Source: Mycolicibacterium smegmatis (lineage in GTDB: Bacteria; Actinomycetota; Actinomycetes; Mycobacteriales; Mycobacteriaceae). Taken from it: a DNA stretch of 32,000 nt. Positions 9,907-18,987 of the stretch are shown here, in pieces. Numbering within the stretch: position 1 is the first letter of the stretch; every line of letters begins with the position of its first letter. The notes under the pieces are model-generated. The model ran no database searches, was not told where the DNA came from, and worked only from the letters and a program-made list of their open reading frames with translations. The translations under genes were made by a program, and so were the position numbers. The stretch is taken from assembly GCF_001457595.1 (NCBI RefSeq), contig NZ_LN831039.1, forward strand, positions 5,190,001 to 5,222,000, written 5' to 3'.

Positions 9907-11070
9907 ATGCGGGTGGCCATGATGACTCGGGAGTATCCACCCGAGGTGTACGGCGGAGCAGGCGTTCACGTGACCGAGCTGGTCGCTCAACTCCGAAAAT
10001 TGTGCGACGTCGACGTGCACTGCATGGGCGCCCCGCGCGACGGGGCATACGTGGCGCATCCAGACCCGGCGCTGCGCGGCGCCAATGCCGCGCTGACAAC
10101 GTTGTCGGCGGACCTGAACATGGTGAACAACGCCGAGGCGGCGACCGTGGTGCATTCCCACACCTGGTACACCGGCCTGGCGGGCCATCTCGCGTCGCTG
10201 CTGTACGGCGTCCCGCACGTGCTCACGGCGCACTCGCTTGAGCCCTTGCGGCCGTGGAAGGCCGAACAGTTGGGCGGCGGTTACCGCGTGTCCTCGTGGG
10301 TCGAGCACACGGCCGTCGAGGCCGCCGACGCGGTCATCGCGGTGAGCTCGGGCATGCGCGACGACGTGCTGCGCACGTACCCCGCGCTGGATCCCGACCG
10401 GGTGCACGTGGTGCGCAACGGCATCGACACCACCGTCTGGTATCCCGCGGAGCCCACTCCCGACGAGTCGGTGCTCGCCGAACTCGGGGTGGACCTCAAC
10501 CGGCCGATCGTCGCGTTCGTCGGACGCATCACGCGCCAGAAGGGTGTCGCGCACCTGGTGGCCGCCGCGCACCGGTTCGCGCCCGAGGTGCAGCTGGTGT
10601 TGTGCGCGGGCGCCCCGGACACGCCGCAGATCGCCGAGGAGGTGTCGTCAGCGGTGCAGCAGCTCGCGCAGGCGCGCACCGGGGTGTTCTGGGTGCGCGA
10701 GATGCTGCCGACGCACAAGATCCGGGAGATTCTCTCGGCAGCAACTGTTTTCGTATGCCCGTCGGTGTACGAACCACTGGGCATCGTGAACCTGGAAGCG
10801 ATGGCGTGCGCCACGGCCGTGGTGGCCTCCGACGTCGGGGGCATCCCCGAGGTCGTCGCCGACGGGCGCACCGGCCTTCTGGTGCACTACGACGCGAACG
10901 ACACCGAGGCCTACGAGGCGCGTCTGGCCGAAGCGGTGAACTCGCTGGTGGCCGATCCGGACAGAGCCCGCGAGTACGGCATCGCAGGCCGCGAGCGGTG
11001 CATCGACGAATTCTCGTGGGCACACATCGCCGAGCAGACGTTGGAGATCTACCGCAAGGTGTCTGCCTGA
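9907..11070 (+). CDS. glgM: GT4/GT5-like glycogen/maltosyl-1-phosphate synthase (GlgA/GlgM)
   Basis: MRVAMMTREYPPEVYGGAGVHVTELVAQLR; FVGRITRQKGVAHLVAA; VCPSVYEPLGIVNLEAMAC; divergent from glgC. ATG at 9907 favoured over the track start at 9871. Confidence 0.92.
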   Translation: MRVAMMTREYPPEVYGGAGVHVTELVAQLRKLCDVDVHCMGAPRDGAYVAHPDPALRGANAALTTLSADLNMVNNAEAATVVHSHTWYTGLAGHLASLLYGVPHVLTAHSLEPLRPWKAEQLGGGYRVSSWVEHTAVEAADAVIAVSSGMRDDVLRTYPALDPDRVHVVRNGIDTTVWYPAEPTPDESVLAELGVDLNRPIVAFVGRITRQKGVAHLVAAAHRFAPEVQLVLCAGAPDTPQIAEEVSSAVQQLAQARTGVFWVREMLPTHKIREILSAATVFVCPSVYEPLGIVNLEAMACATAVVASDVGGIPEVVADGRTGLLVHYDANDTEAYEARLAEAVNSLVADPDRAREYGIAGRERCIDEFSWAHIAEQTLEIYRKVSA

Positions 11071-11124
11071 GCCGAATCCGGCGCGGCCCGCGTGCAGTGC
11101 ACGCGTGACCGCGCCGAATCTCGT

Positions 11125-11292
11125 CTAGCTGGTGACGCCCTTGAGCTCGTCGCCCAGGGCGGCTGCCTCGTCCGGGGTGAGCTCGACGACGAGGCGCCCT
11201 CCGCCCTCAAGCGGTACCCGCATCACGATCCCTCGCCCCTCTTTGGTTGCTTCCAGTGGACCGTCGCCAGTCCGGGGCTTCATCGCCGCCAT
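11125..11292 (-). CDS. DUF3117 small conserved protein
   Basis: MAAMKPRTGDGPLEATKEGRGIVMRVPLEGGGRLVVELTPDEAAALGDELKGVTS, 55 aa, highly conserved actinobacterial small protein. Confidence 0.88.
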   Translation of the reverse strand: MAAMKPRTGDGPLEATKEGRGIVMRVPLEGGGRLVVELTPDEAAALGDELKGVTS

Positions 11293-11407
11293 CGAGTGCT
11301 CCCTCCAACTGAGCCGGTCCGCCTCGGCGGGCCAGGTCGGGGCCGACGCCGCCCACTCGTTGACGGCACCCGGCACTGAACTGCTACTGAACTACTCCTA
11401 TTGTTCC

Positions 11408-12037
11408 CTATCCGGGGCGCAGGGTGTGCGAAGACCCTGCCTTGGCCTGCGCGTGGCGCGGATCTTGACGATGTTCGAGCGGCGGAACCCAGCATGTCGC
11501 GACGTGATCGTCGACCATCCCGGTGGCCTGCATCAACGCATATGCCGTCGTCGGCCCGACGAACCGGAACCTGCGACGCTTGAGTTCCTTGGCCATCGCG
11601 GTGGATTCCGGCGTCACCGCGGGCACCTGCGACATGTCGGCGGGCCGTGGACGCGCCGGCGGCGCGAACGACCACAGCAGCTCCCCGAAGTCCACATCGA
11701 GCTCCTCGACGGCCCTGGCATTGGCGATCGTGGCCTCGATCTTGGCGCGGTTGCGCACGATCCCCGCATCGCCCATGAGCCGCTCGATGTCTTTCTCCGT
11801 GTAGCGGGCCACCCGCTCGGGATCGAAGCCGTGGAACGCGCGCCGGAAGTTCTCGCGCTTGCGCAGGATGGTCAGCCAGCTCAGCCCGCTCTGGAACGCC
11901 TCGAGGCTCACGCGCTCGAACAGCGCATCGCCGTCGCGCAGCGGCCGGCCCCATTCGGTGTCGTGGTAGTCGAGATAGAGCGTCGACCCGTCGGAGCCTG
12001 GGGTCGCCCAGCCGCACCGGACACGTCCGTCGGTCAC
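11408..12037 (-). CDS. tag: DNA-3-methyladenine glycosylase I
   Basis: RCGWATPGSDGSTLYLDYHDTEWGRPLRDGDALFERVSLEAFQSGLSWLTILRKRENFRRAF. Confidence 0.93.
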   Translation of the reverse strand: MTDGRVRCGWATPGSDGSTLYLDYHDTEWGRPLRDGDALFERVSLEAFQSGLSWLTILRKRENFRRAFHGFDPERVARYTEKDIERLMGDAGIVRNRAKIEATIANARAVEELDVDFGELLWSFAPPARPRPADMSQVPAVTPESTAMAKELKRRRFRFVGPTTAYALMQATGMVDDHVATCWVPPLEHRQDPRHAQAKAGSSHTLRPG

Positions 12038-12417
12038 GACGTGCCTTCCTCCCCGCGCAGCTGCCCCGCGGTGGCCGAGACCTCGACGTCGTCGTCCTCG
12101 ATGTCTTCCGGGGTGTCCTCCGGGACGCCGTAGGCGACCCGCAGCGCGGCGAGTTCCCCGCGCAGTGAGTCGAGTTCATAGCCAAGGCGCTCCAGCACCC
12201 AGTCCACCTCGCTGGTCTTGTAACCGCGCAGCGACTGCGTGAACCGCACCGATTCGACGTCGGCGCCGGTGACCCCTGAGGCAGGCAACACCGTCGCGGT
12301 GGTGCCCCGCGGCAGCGGGGGCAGCGTCTCACCGCGACCGAAGATCACGCTGCCCAGGGCGAACAGCACCGTGGCGACCAGAACGAGCACCACGAGATAC
12401 AGCAGTATCAACGTCAC
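12034..12417 (-). CDS. Small membrane-anchored DivIVA-domain-like protein
   Basis: N-terminal TM MTLILLYLVVLVLVATVLFALGSVIFG; VRFTQSLRGYKTSEVDWVLERLGYELDSLRGEL is a DivIVA-like motif; ATGA overlap with tag. Confidence 0.8.
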   Translation of the reverse strand: MTLILLYLVVLVLVATVLFALGSVIFGRGETLPPLPRGTTATVLPASGVTGADVESVRFTQSLRGYKTSEVDWVLERLGYELDSLRGELAALRVAYGVPEDTPEDIEDDDVEVSATAGQLRGEEGTS

Positions 12418-12456
12418 GCTTCCGATACTGCCTCACGTGTCCGACAGCGGACGCAC

Positions 12457-13416
12457 CTAGCGCGGACGCAGCGTGGTCATCGGCGGGCGGTCGGCCAGGG
12501 ACACCGAGGACACCCGAGGGGTGAAGTCGTCGCCGTCGGCGAAGAACTGCGTGAGCCCGACGCCCGAGTCGGAGATGCCGCAGCGCGACAGCAGCGTCGC
12601 GATGACCTGGCGACTCATCGAGGCCAACTCGGTCAGCGGCCGGTTGCGATGGGCCCGCACACCCAGGTTGACCTGCGCGATGCCGTCCAGGCCCAGCCGG
12701 TCGTAGGTGTCGACCAGCAGGCCGATCTCGACGCCGTAGCCGGGTGCGAACGGCACCGACGTGAGCAGTTCGCGGGTGCCCGCGTACTCGCCACCCAGCG
12801 GCTGCAGCACGCAGTTGAGTTCGGGACGCAGCGACGCCAACAGCGGACGGGCGACGAGTTCGGTGACGCGCCCGCCACCGTTGGCGTCCTCGGCACCGCT
12901 GACCTTGAGCGGCCTGCGGTAGAAACCCTTGACCAGGTGCACACCGTCGCACGTCAGCAGCGGTCCCAGCAGCTTCGGGACGAACATCGGGTCCGGGTCG
13001 ATCAGATCGGAGTCGACGAACGCGATGATGTCGCCCGTCGTGGCGGCCAGCGAGCGCCACAACACCTCGCCCTTGCCGGGCTGCGGCGGCACCTCGGGCA
13101 GCGCGGCCTCGCGGCTGACCACCTTGGCCCCCGCGGCGACAGCGCGGATCTCGGTCTCGTCGGTGGAACCGGAATCGAGCACGATCAGCTCGTCGACCAG
13201 GCCGCCGAGCAGCGGTTTGATGGTCTCCACCACCGAGCCGACGGTTTCTTCCTCGTTGAGCGCGGGCAACACGACCGACACGGTGCGACCGGCTTTCGCG
13301 GCCTCCAGGTCGGCGACCGTCCACGACGGCCGGTTCCAGCTGTGGTCGGTCAGCCAACGGTGCCCCACAACCCCGTCCTGAACCAGATCTGCGACGGTCA
13401 GAGGTATCGCTGTCAT
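12457..13416 (-). CDS. gpgS: Glucosyl-3-phosphoglycerate synthase
   Basis: SVVLPALNEEETVGSVVETI, IIAFVDSDLIDPDPMFVPKLLGPLL, RPLLASLRPELNCVLQPLGGEYAGTRELLTSVPFAPGYGVEIG. Start MTAIPLTVADLV at 13416; track ORF is N-terminally over-extended to 13641. Confidence 0.94.
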   Translation of the reverse strand: MTAIPLTVADLVQDGVVGHRWLTDHSWNRPSWTVADLEAAKAGRTVSVVLPALNEEETVGSVVETIKPLLGGLVDELIVLDSGSTDETEIRAVAAGAKVVSREAALPEVPPQPGKGEVLWRSLAATTGDIIAFVDSDLIDPDPMFVPKLLGPLLTCDGVHLVKGFYRRPLKVSGAEDANGGGRVTELVARPLLASLRPELNCVLQPLGGEYAGTRELLTSVPFAPGYGVEIGLLVDTYDRLGLDGIAQVNLGVRAHRNRPLTELASMSRQVIATLLSRCGISDSGVGLTQFFADGDDFTPRVSSVSLADRPPMTTLRPR

Positions 13417-14288
13417 GCCAGTCCCCTCACTGTTCGTGCGGGCTTCCGCACTCCCTGAATCGACGCGACCATTTCGAGCACGCGCCGAGTGGGCCCCACC
13501 TCGTGTACCCGGAACATGGCTGCTCCATCCGCGGCGGCAAGCGCTGTTGCGGCGAGCGTCCCTTCCAGGCGTTCGGTCAGGTCCACACCGAGAGTCTCCC
13601 CGACAAAATCCTTGTTGCTCAGCGCCATCAGGACCGGCCATCCGGTATTAACAAGATCTTTTACGTGGCGCAACAAACTAAGACCGTGATAAGTGTTTTT
13701 GCCGAAATCATGGGTCGGATCGATGAGGATCCGGTCGCGCTGCACACCCGTTGCCACGGCCCGCTCGGCGGCAGCGGTCACCTCCGCGATCACGTCGTCG
13801 ACCACACCGCGCTCGCTGATGCCGTAGTTCACCCGGAACGGCCGCGTGCGCGGCGTCGCGCCGCCCGTGTGTGAGCACACCAGGCCCGCGCCGAACTCGG
13901 CGGCCACCTCGGCCAGACCTGGGTCGGCGCCGGCCCAGGTGTCGTTGATGATGTCCGCGCCCGCCGCGCACGCCTGCTTGGCGACGGCCGCGCGCCACGT
14001 GTCGACGCTGATCAACCGGTCGGGGAAGGTGCTGCGCAGCCACTCGATGAACGGGACGACGCGCGTGATCTCCTCTTCGGCGTCGACGTTGCTGCCGGGG
14101 CCCGCCTTGACGCCGCCGACGTCGATGACGTCGGCACCTTCGTCGATCACACGGTGCGCGGCGGCCTTGGCTGCCTCGTCGGTGAAGGTGGCGCCGCGGT
14201 CGTAGAACGAATCGGGTGTCCGGTTGACGATCGCCATGATGAGGGCACGGTCGTGCGCCACCGGACGACCGCAGAACGTCGAGAACAC
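13413..14288 (-). CDS. folP2: Dihydropteroate synthase paralog FolP2
   Basis: LIMAIVNRTPDSFYDRGATF, GADVIDVGGVKAGPGSNV, SVDTWRAAVAKQACAAGADIINDTW; 4-bp overlap with gpgS. Confidence 0.9.
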   Translation of the reverse strand: MFSTFCGRPVAHDRALIMAIVNRTPDSFYDRGATFTDEAAKAAAHRVIDEGADVIDVGGVKAGPGSNVDAEEEITRVVPFIEWLRSTFPDRLISVDTWRAAVAKQACAAGADIINDTWAGADPGLAEVAAEFGAGLVCSHTGGATPRTRPFRVNYGISERGVVDDVIAEVTAAAERAVATGVQRDRILIDPTHDFGKNTYHGLSLLRHVKDLVNTGWPVLMALSNKDFVGETLGVDLTERLEGTLAATALAAADGAAMFRVHEVGPTRRVLEMVASIQGVRKPARTVRGLA

Positions 14289-14306
14289 GCCTCCATAGTG
14301 CCTGGA

Positions 14307-16085
14307 CTAGTTCTTGGGGCGTTTACCCGCCGTGACTTCCTCGGGGTACTCGTCGTAGAACGGCACGTAGCCCTCGTCGCGGCCGGCGAGCACGTAGACC
14401 GGGTCGGTGACGTCCGGGCCGTATCCCTGTTTGCGCAGGTCCACCTTCTGGCTCTTGAACGTCGAGGTGTGCGCCAGTTCGGGTACGACGCGCACGAACA
14501 GCGGTACGGCGTAGGCGGGCAGGTGCCCGTAGAACGCGTCGGCGAGCGCCTTGCCGTCGAACTCCTCGCCGTCCTTGAGCTGGACGGCGGCCATGCCCGC
14601 CCGTCCCCCGGCGCCGGGGACCTCGACGCCGAAGACCGTGCACTCCTCGATCTTGTGGTGGCTCGCGACGGCGGCCTCCACCTCGGTGGTCGCGACGTTC
14701 TCGCCCTTCCAGCGGAACGTGTCGCCCAGCCGGTCGGCGAACGCCGCGTGGCCGAAGCCCTGCGAACGCATCAGGTCGCCCGTGTTGAACCACACGTCGC
14801 CGTCCTTGAATGCGTTGCGCACCAACTTCTTCTCGGTCGCCGACGAGTCGGTGTAGCCGTCGAACGGCTGGAACGAACTGACCTTCGACAGCAGCAGGCC
14901 GGGCTCCCCCGACTTGACCTTGCGCAGCTTGCCGTCGGCGCCGCGCACCGGTTCACCCGTGTCGGGGTCGTATTCGACGAACGCCACCGGACTCGGGCAG
15001 ATGCCGGTGGACTTCGACACGTTGAACACGTTGACGAACGCCGTGTTGCCCTCACTGGCGGCGTAGAACTCGCAGACCCGGGAGATGCCGAACCGCTCGA
15101 TGAACTCGTCCCAGATGGCCGGCCGCAGCCCGTTTCCGACGATCACGCGCACCTTGTGCGCGCGGTCGGTCGGCTTGGGCGGCTGGTTGAGCAGGTATCC
15201 GCAGATCTCGCCGATGTAGACGAACGCGGTGGCGCCGTAGTCGATGACCTCGTCCCAGAACCTCGAGGCCGAGAACGATTTGCCAAGTGCCAGAGACGCA
15301 CCCGAGTTCAGCACCGATCCGACCGAGACCGTCAGCGCGTTGTTGTGGTACAGCGGCAGGCAGCAGTACAGGGTGTCGTTGCTGCGCAGACGCAGCCCGA
15401 GACCGCCGAAGCCGGCCAGCGCGCGCAGCCACCGGTAGTGCGTCATCACGCTGGCCTTGGGCAGGCCCGTGGTGCCCGAGGTGAAGATGTAGAACGCCTT
15501 GTCCTTGGCCAGTACGGCCGACGCGCTCGCCGGGTTGGTCGTCGGGGCTGTGGTCGCGAGCCGCCGCAGCTCCTCGACGGTCATCAAACCGGTTGTGTCG
15601 GCGCCACTTTCGACGATGTGGTCGACGAAGTCCGGTTCGGCCACCACCGCGGTGGCACTGAGCAGGCCGATGCTGTGCTTGAGCACATCGCCACGCTGGT
15701 GATAGTTCAGCATCCCCGCGATCGCGCCGCACTTGACGATCGCGAGCATCAGCAGCACCGCGTCGGGCGAGTTGCGCAGCATGACCCCCACGACGTCGCC
15801 GTGGCCCACACCCCGGGCGGCGAGCACCGCGGCGTAGCGGTTGACCGTCTCGTTGGCCGTCTTGTACGTCAGGCGCTCGTCACCGAACTTGATGAAAACA
15901 CGGTCGGCGTACTGCGCGGCACGGTCCTGGAAGACCTTGCCGATCGAGGTCTTGGCGCTGGGCCGGGCCGTGAAACCCGTGGCGACGCCGCGCAGGATGA
16001 CCGGCGCGTCCATCAGGAAACCCGGTAGCCGCGTCGCGAGGTCGAGCAGGCCGACGGAGTTCCTGGTGGCTTTCTGGTCGGTCAT
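14307..16085 (-). CDS. fadD6: Very-long-chain acyl-CoA synthetase / fatty-acid--CoA ligase (FadD6-like)
   Basis: AMP-binding motif YIFTSGTTGLPKASVMTHYRW; VWFNTGDLMRSQGFGHAAFADRLGDTFRWKGENVATTEVE; start MTDQKATRN at 16085. Confidence 0.9.
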   Translation of the reverse strand: MTDQKATRNSVGLLDLATRLPGFLMDAPVILRGVATGFTARPSAKTSIGKVFQDRAAQYADRVFIKFGDERLTYKTANETVNRYAAVLAARGVGHGDVVGVMLRNSPDAVLLMLAIVKCGAIAGMLNYHQRGDVLKHSIGLLSATAVVAEPDFVDHIVESGADTTGLMTVEELRRLATTAPTTNPASASAVLAKDKAFYIFTSGTTGLPKASVMTHYRWLRALAGFGGLGLRLRSNDTLYCCLPLYHNNALTVSVGSVLNSGASLALGKSFSASRFWDEVIDYGATAFVYIGEICGYLLNQPPKPTDRAHKVRVIVGNGLRPAIWDEFIERFGISRVCEFYAASEGNTAFVNVFNVSKSTGICPSPVAFVEYDPDTGEPVRGADGKLRKVKSGEPGLLLSKVSSFQPFDGYTDSSATEKKLVRNAFKDGDVWFNTGDLMRSQGFGHAAFADRLGDTFRWKGENVATTEVEAAVASHHKIEECTVFGVEVPGAGGRAGMAAVQLKDGEEFDGKALADAFYGHLPAYAVPLFVRVVPELAHTSTFKSQKVDLRKQGYGPDVTDPVYVLAGRDEGYVPFYDEYPEEVTAGKRPKN

Positions 16086-16186
16086 GCGCGCTGTACCCTC
16101 CACAGTTTTCGGACGCCGGTGGCCAACACCTTAACCACGGCCGCCGGTTCGCGTTACCGCCGGTTCCGGGCCGGACTACAGCCGGA

Positions 16187-16744
16187 CTACTCGGGCGCGC
16201 ACGCCTCGAGCGCGGCCTCGACGTTGTCGACCACCACCAGGCTGTCCATGGCCCGTTGCGAGACGTAACCCGTCGGGACCAGCCCCCGCAACCACGTCAA
16301 GAGCCCGTCGTAGTGGCCGAACGGATCGAGCAGGATCAGCGGCTTGTCGTGCATGCCCAGATAGCCCGCAGTCCAGGCCTCGAAGAACTCTTCGAGAGTG
16401 CCGATGCCGCCGGGCAGCGCGATGAACGCGTCCGAGCGGTGCTCCATCTCGCGCTTCCGCTCGCGCATCGTGTCGGTGACGATGAGTTCGGCCGCGTCGA
16501 CGTCGGCGAGCTCACGATGCACGAGCGCCTTGGGGATCACACCGACCGTGTGGCCGCCCTTGGCGCGGGCGGCCTGCGCGACGGCACCCATCGCCGACAC
16601 GTTGCCGCCACCGGACACCAGCGTCCACCCCCGCGCCGCGATCGACGAGCCGACCTCTGCTGCCAGCTCGAGCAGTTCGGGATGCGTCGGTCCCGACGCG
16701 CAGTACACACACACCGCCCACTGGCGGTCCTGTCCTTCTTTCAC
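16187..16744 (-). CDS. LOG-family protein (cytokinin riboside monophosphate phosphoribohydrolase-like)
   Basis: VCVYCASGPTHPELLELA; SGGGNVSAMGAVA; MRERKREMEHRSDAFIALPGGIGTLEEFFEAW (PGGxGTxxE). Start uncertain; GTG at 16744 chosen. Confidence 0.9.
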   Translation of the reverse strand: MKEGQDRQWAVCVYCASGPTHPELLELAAEVGSSIAARGWTLVSGGGNVSAMGAVAQAARAKGGHTVGVIPKALVHRELADVDAAELIVTDTMRERKREMEHRSDAFIALPGGIGTLEEFFEAWTAGYLGMHDKPLILLDPFGHYDGLLTWLRGLVPTGYVSQRAMDSLVVVDNVEAALEACAPE

Positions 16745-16824
16745 ATCTCCAACGTAGACGCGCGCGACCACAGCGAACGAACCATTTACGGCTGACGGGC
16801 TGCGGTTCCCGTTACATTCGGGGC

Positions 16825-18915
16825 ATGCCAGTCGACTGGGTGATCGCTCCTCATGACCGCGCACTCGACGGCGTTGAGGCCGGCCTGCACGAACGCAGCG
16901 GTGCGGTGCTCATGGGCCCCGAAGGCGTCGGCAAGACCTCGCTGGCCCGCAGTGCCGCGGAATGGCTCGGGCCGGAGTTCCGCCGCATCGTGCGGGTGAC
17001 CGGCACCGAGTCCAACGCCGCCGTCCCGTTCGGGGCCGTCGCGAACCTGATCGACGTGTCGCCCTCGGGTCGCACCGCCGACGTGATGCGCGCGGCGCGC
17101 GAGTCCCTGGGTTCCGAGCTTCTTCTCGTGGTCGACGACGCGCATCTGCTCGATCGGTTGTCGGCGGCGCTCGTGTACCAGCTCACCGAGAGCGGCGCGG
17201 CCAAGCTGATCGCCACAGCGACCGTGGACCGCGCTGTGCCAGAAGAGGTCTCGGCGCTGTGGGATGAGGGCCTGCTGGCCCGCGTCGAGGTGTCACCCCC
17301 GGGTTACGACAGTGCGCGCCTGGCCGATCAGGTGGCGGCCTACATCGCCGATCTTCCGCCCGCGGCGATCCAGACGCTGCAGTATCTCGCGGTGCAGGAT
17401 CCGCTGCCGCTGACCGACGTGACAGCGCTGACCTCGGCCGACACCGTGGCCCAGGCGTGCGAGGCCGGTGCGGTGGTCCTCGACGAGGACGCCGAGCAGC
17501 CCATGGTGCACTGCCGTCATGTGCTGTTCCTCAACGCCGTTCGCGCCAACGTCGGCGGCCCCGGTCTCCGGCGCCTGCGCACGGCCGTCGTCGAACAGAT
17601 GGCCAAGACTCCGCGACGTGGTGTGGTGGACCGGTTGCGCCACGCCGTGCTCGCGCTGGACTCCGACGTGGCGGTGCCCACCGAGGACGTCGTCACCGCG
17701 GCCGCGGAGGCGCTGCGACTCGGCGACCTCGAACTCAGCGAGCGACTGGGCCGCGCCGCACTGCAGGTCGACGGCGGGTTCCAGGCACGGCTGACGCTGG
17801 CCTATGCGCTGGGCTGGCAGGGTCACGGACGCGAGGCCGAGGACGTGCTCGCCGAGGTCGATCCCGCGACGCTGGACGAGGCCTCGCTGATGGCGTGGGC
17901 GCTGCCGCGCGCGGCCAACCAGTTCTGGATGCGTTCGGAGCCCGAGCGTGCGGTGGCCTTCCTGCGCACCACGCGCAACCGCGTGCAGACCGCACACGCC
18001 CAGGTCACCCTCGACGCCCTGCTCGCGACGTTCACCATGAACTCTGGAACCCCGTCGCGCGCACTGGAACTCGCACACCAGGTGCTGGAGTCTCCCGACG
18101 CCGACGACACCGCCGTCGGTTGGGCCGCGTCGACCGCCGCGCTCAGTTCGGCGCGCATCGGCCGGTTCGACGACGTCGACGCGCTGGCCCAGCGCGCCAT
18201 CGATGCGGGCCATCCCGGATTGCTGCGGTTCACCAGCGGATTCGGCCAGACCACGTCGCGGCTGCTTCGCGGGTCTCTCGACGAGGCCGAGGTGCTGGCC
18301 CGCCAGCTCACCGATTTCGCGCAGCTGCTGCAACCCGGCCGCGCCATCGGCGAGGTGCTGCTGGCCGACGTCCTCATCGTCCGCGGACAGCTCGACGAGG
18401 CGGTTGCGTTGTTACGCAGGGCCACAGCCACTTTGGCGCCGACCGGGTACTCGTGGGGCCCGCTGGCGTGGATGTTGTTGGCGCAGGCGCTCGGTCAGCG
18501 CGGCATGCCCGTCGAGGCCGGAAAGGTGCTGTCCCGCGCGGAATCCCGGCACGGCCTCAAGTCCATGCTGTTCGCCCCCGAACTCGCACTCGCGCGAGCC
18601 TGGACCTGCTTTGCCCGCAAAGACCCCGTCACCGCCGTTGCCGGGGCCCGCGAGGCCGCGAAAGCCGCCGAGCGTGGCGGGCAGTCCGCAGTCGCGCTGC
18701 GCGCCCTTCACGACGCCGTGCGGCTCGGCGACACCCGCGCGGCCGATGCACTCGCCCGCATCGACCTGACCTGCACGTTCGCCGACGTCACGCGGGCCCA
18801 TGCCGCCGCGCTCACCGCCGGCGACGCTTCCGCGCTGAACGACGTCGCTGCCCGCTACCGCAACCTCGGCATGCACGCCGCCGCAGCCGATGCGCTGCGT
18901 CAGGCGGGTGGGTGA
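16825..18915 (+). CDS. P-loop AAA/STAND-type ATPase with helical repeats (LuxR-family-like sensor without a visible C-terminal HTH)
   Basis: Walker A GPEGVGKTSLARSA, Walker B LLLVVDDAHLL, long Ala/Leu-rich TPR-like tail ending RYRNLGMHAAAADALRQAGG. Confidence 0.8.
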   Translation: MPVDWVIAPHDRALDGVEAGLHERSGAVLMGPEGVGKTSLARSAAEWLGPEFRRIVRVTGTESNAAVPFGAVANLIDVSPSGRTADVMRAARESLGSELLLVVDDAHLLDRLSAALVYQLTESGAAKLIATATVDRAVPEEVSALWDEGLLARVEVSPPGYDSARLADQVAAYIADLPPAAIQTLQYLAVQDPLPLTDVTALTSADTVAQACEAGAVVLDEDAEQPMVHCRHVLFLNAVRANVGGPGLRRLRTAVVEQMAKTPRRGVVDRLRHAVLALDSDVAVPTEDVVTAAAEALRLGDLELSERLGRAALQVDGGFQARLTLAYALGWQGHGREAEDVLAEVDPATLDEASLMAWALPRAANQFWMRSEPERAVAFLRTTRNRVQTAHAQVTLDALLATFTMNSGTPSRALELAHQVLESPDADDTAVGWAASTAALSSARIGRFDDVDALAQRAIDAGHPGLLRFTSGFGQTTSRLLRGSLDEAEVLARQLTDFAQLLQPGRAIGEVLLADVLIVRGQLDEAVALLRRATATLAPTGYSWGPLAWMLLAQALGQRGMPVEAGKVLSRAESRHGLKSMLFAPELALARAWTCFARKDPVTAVAGAREAAKAAERGGQSAVALRALHDAVRLGDTRAADALARIDLTCTFADVTRAHAAALTAGDASALNDVAARYRNLGMHAAAADALRQAGG

Positions 18916-18946
18916 ATTCGCGCGTTTCGCGGCTTTTGCCCCGCTT

Positions 18947-18952
18947 TAGACT
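18947..18952 (+). promoter_or_regulatory. Candidate -10 element (TAGACT) for the EspE-like gene
   Basis: TAGACT at 18947-18952 in the 72-bp gap after the ATPase gene, followed by ribosome-binding site GGGAGGGGG ahead of ATG 18988; weak -35. Confidence 0.35.
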
Positions 18953-18987
18953 GATCGTGCCGTATGCGTTTGGGAGGGGGCGCTGCG

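Noticed and set aside
14154-16028. 624-aa + strand ORF opposite fadD6
   Set aside because: Antisense shadow of FadD6 with typical low-complexity Arg/Val/His/Asp bias.
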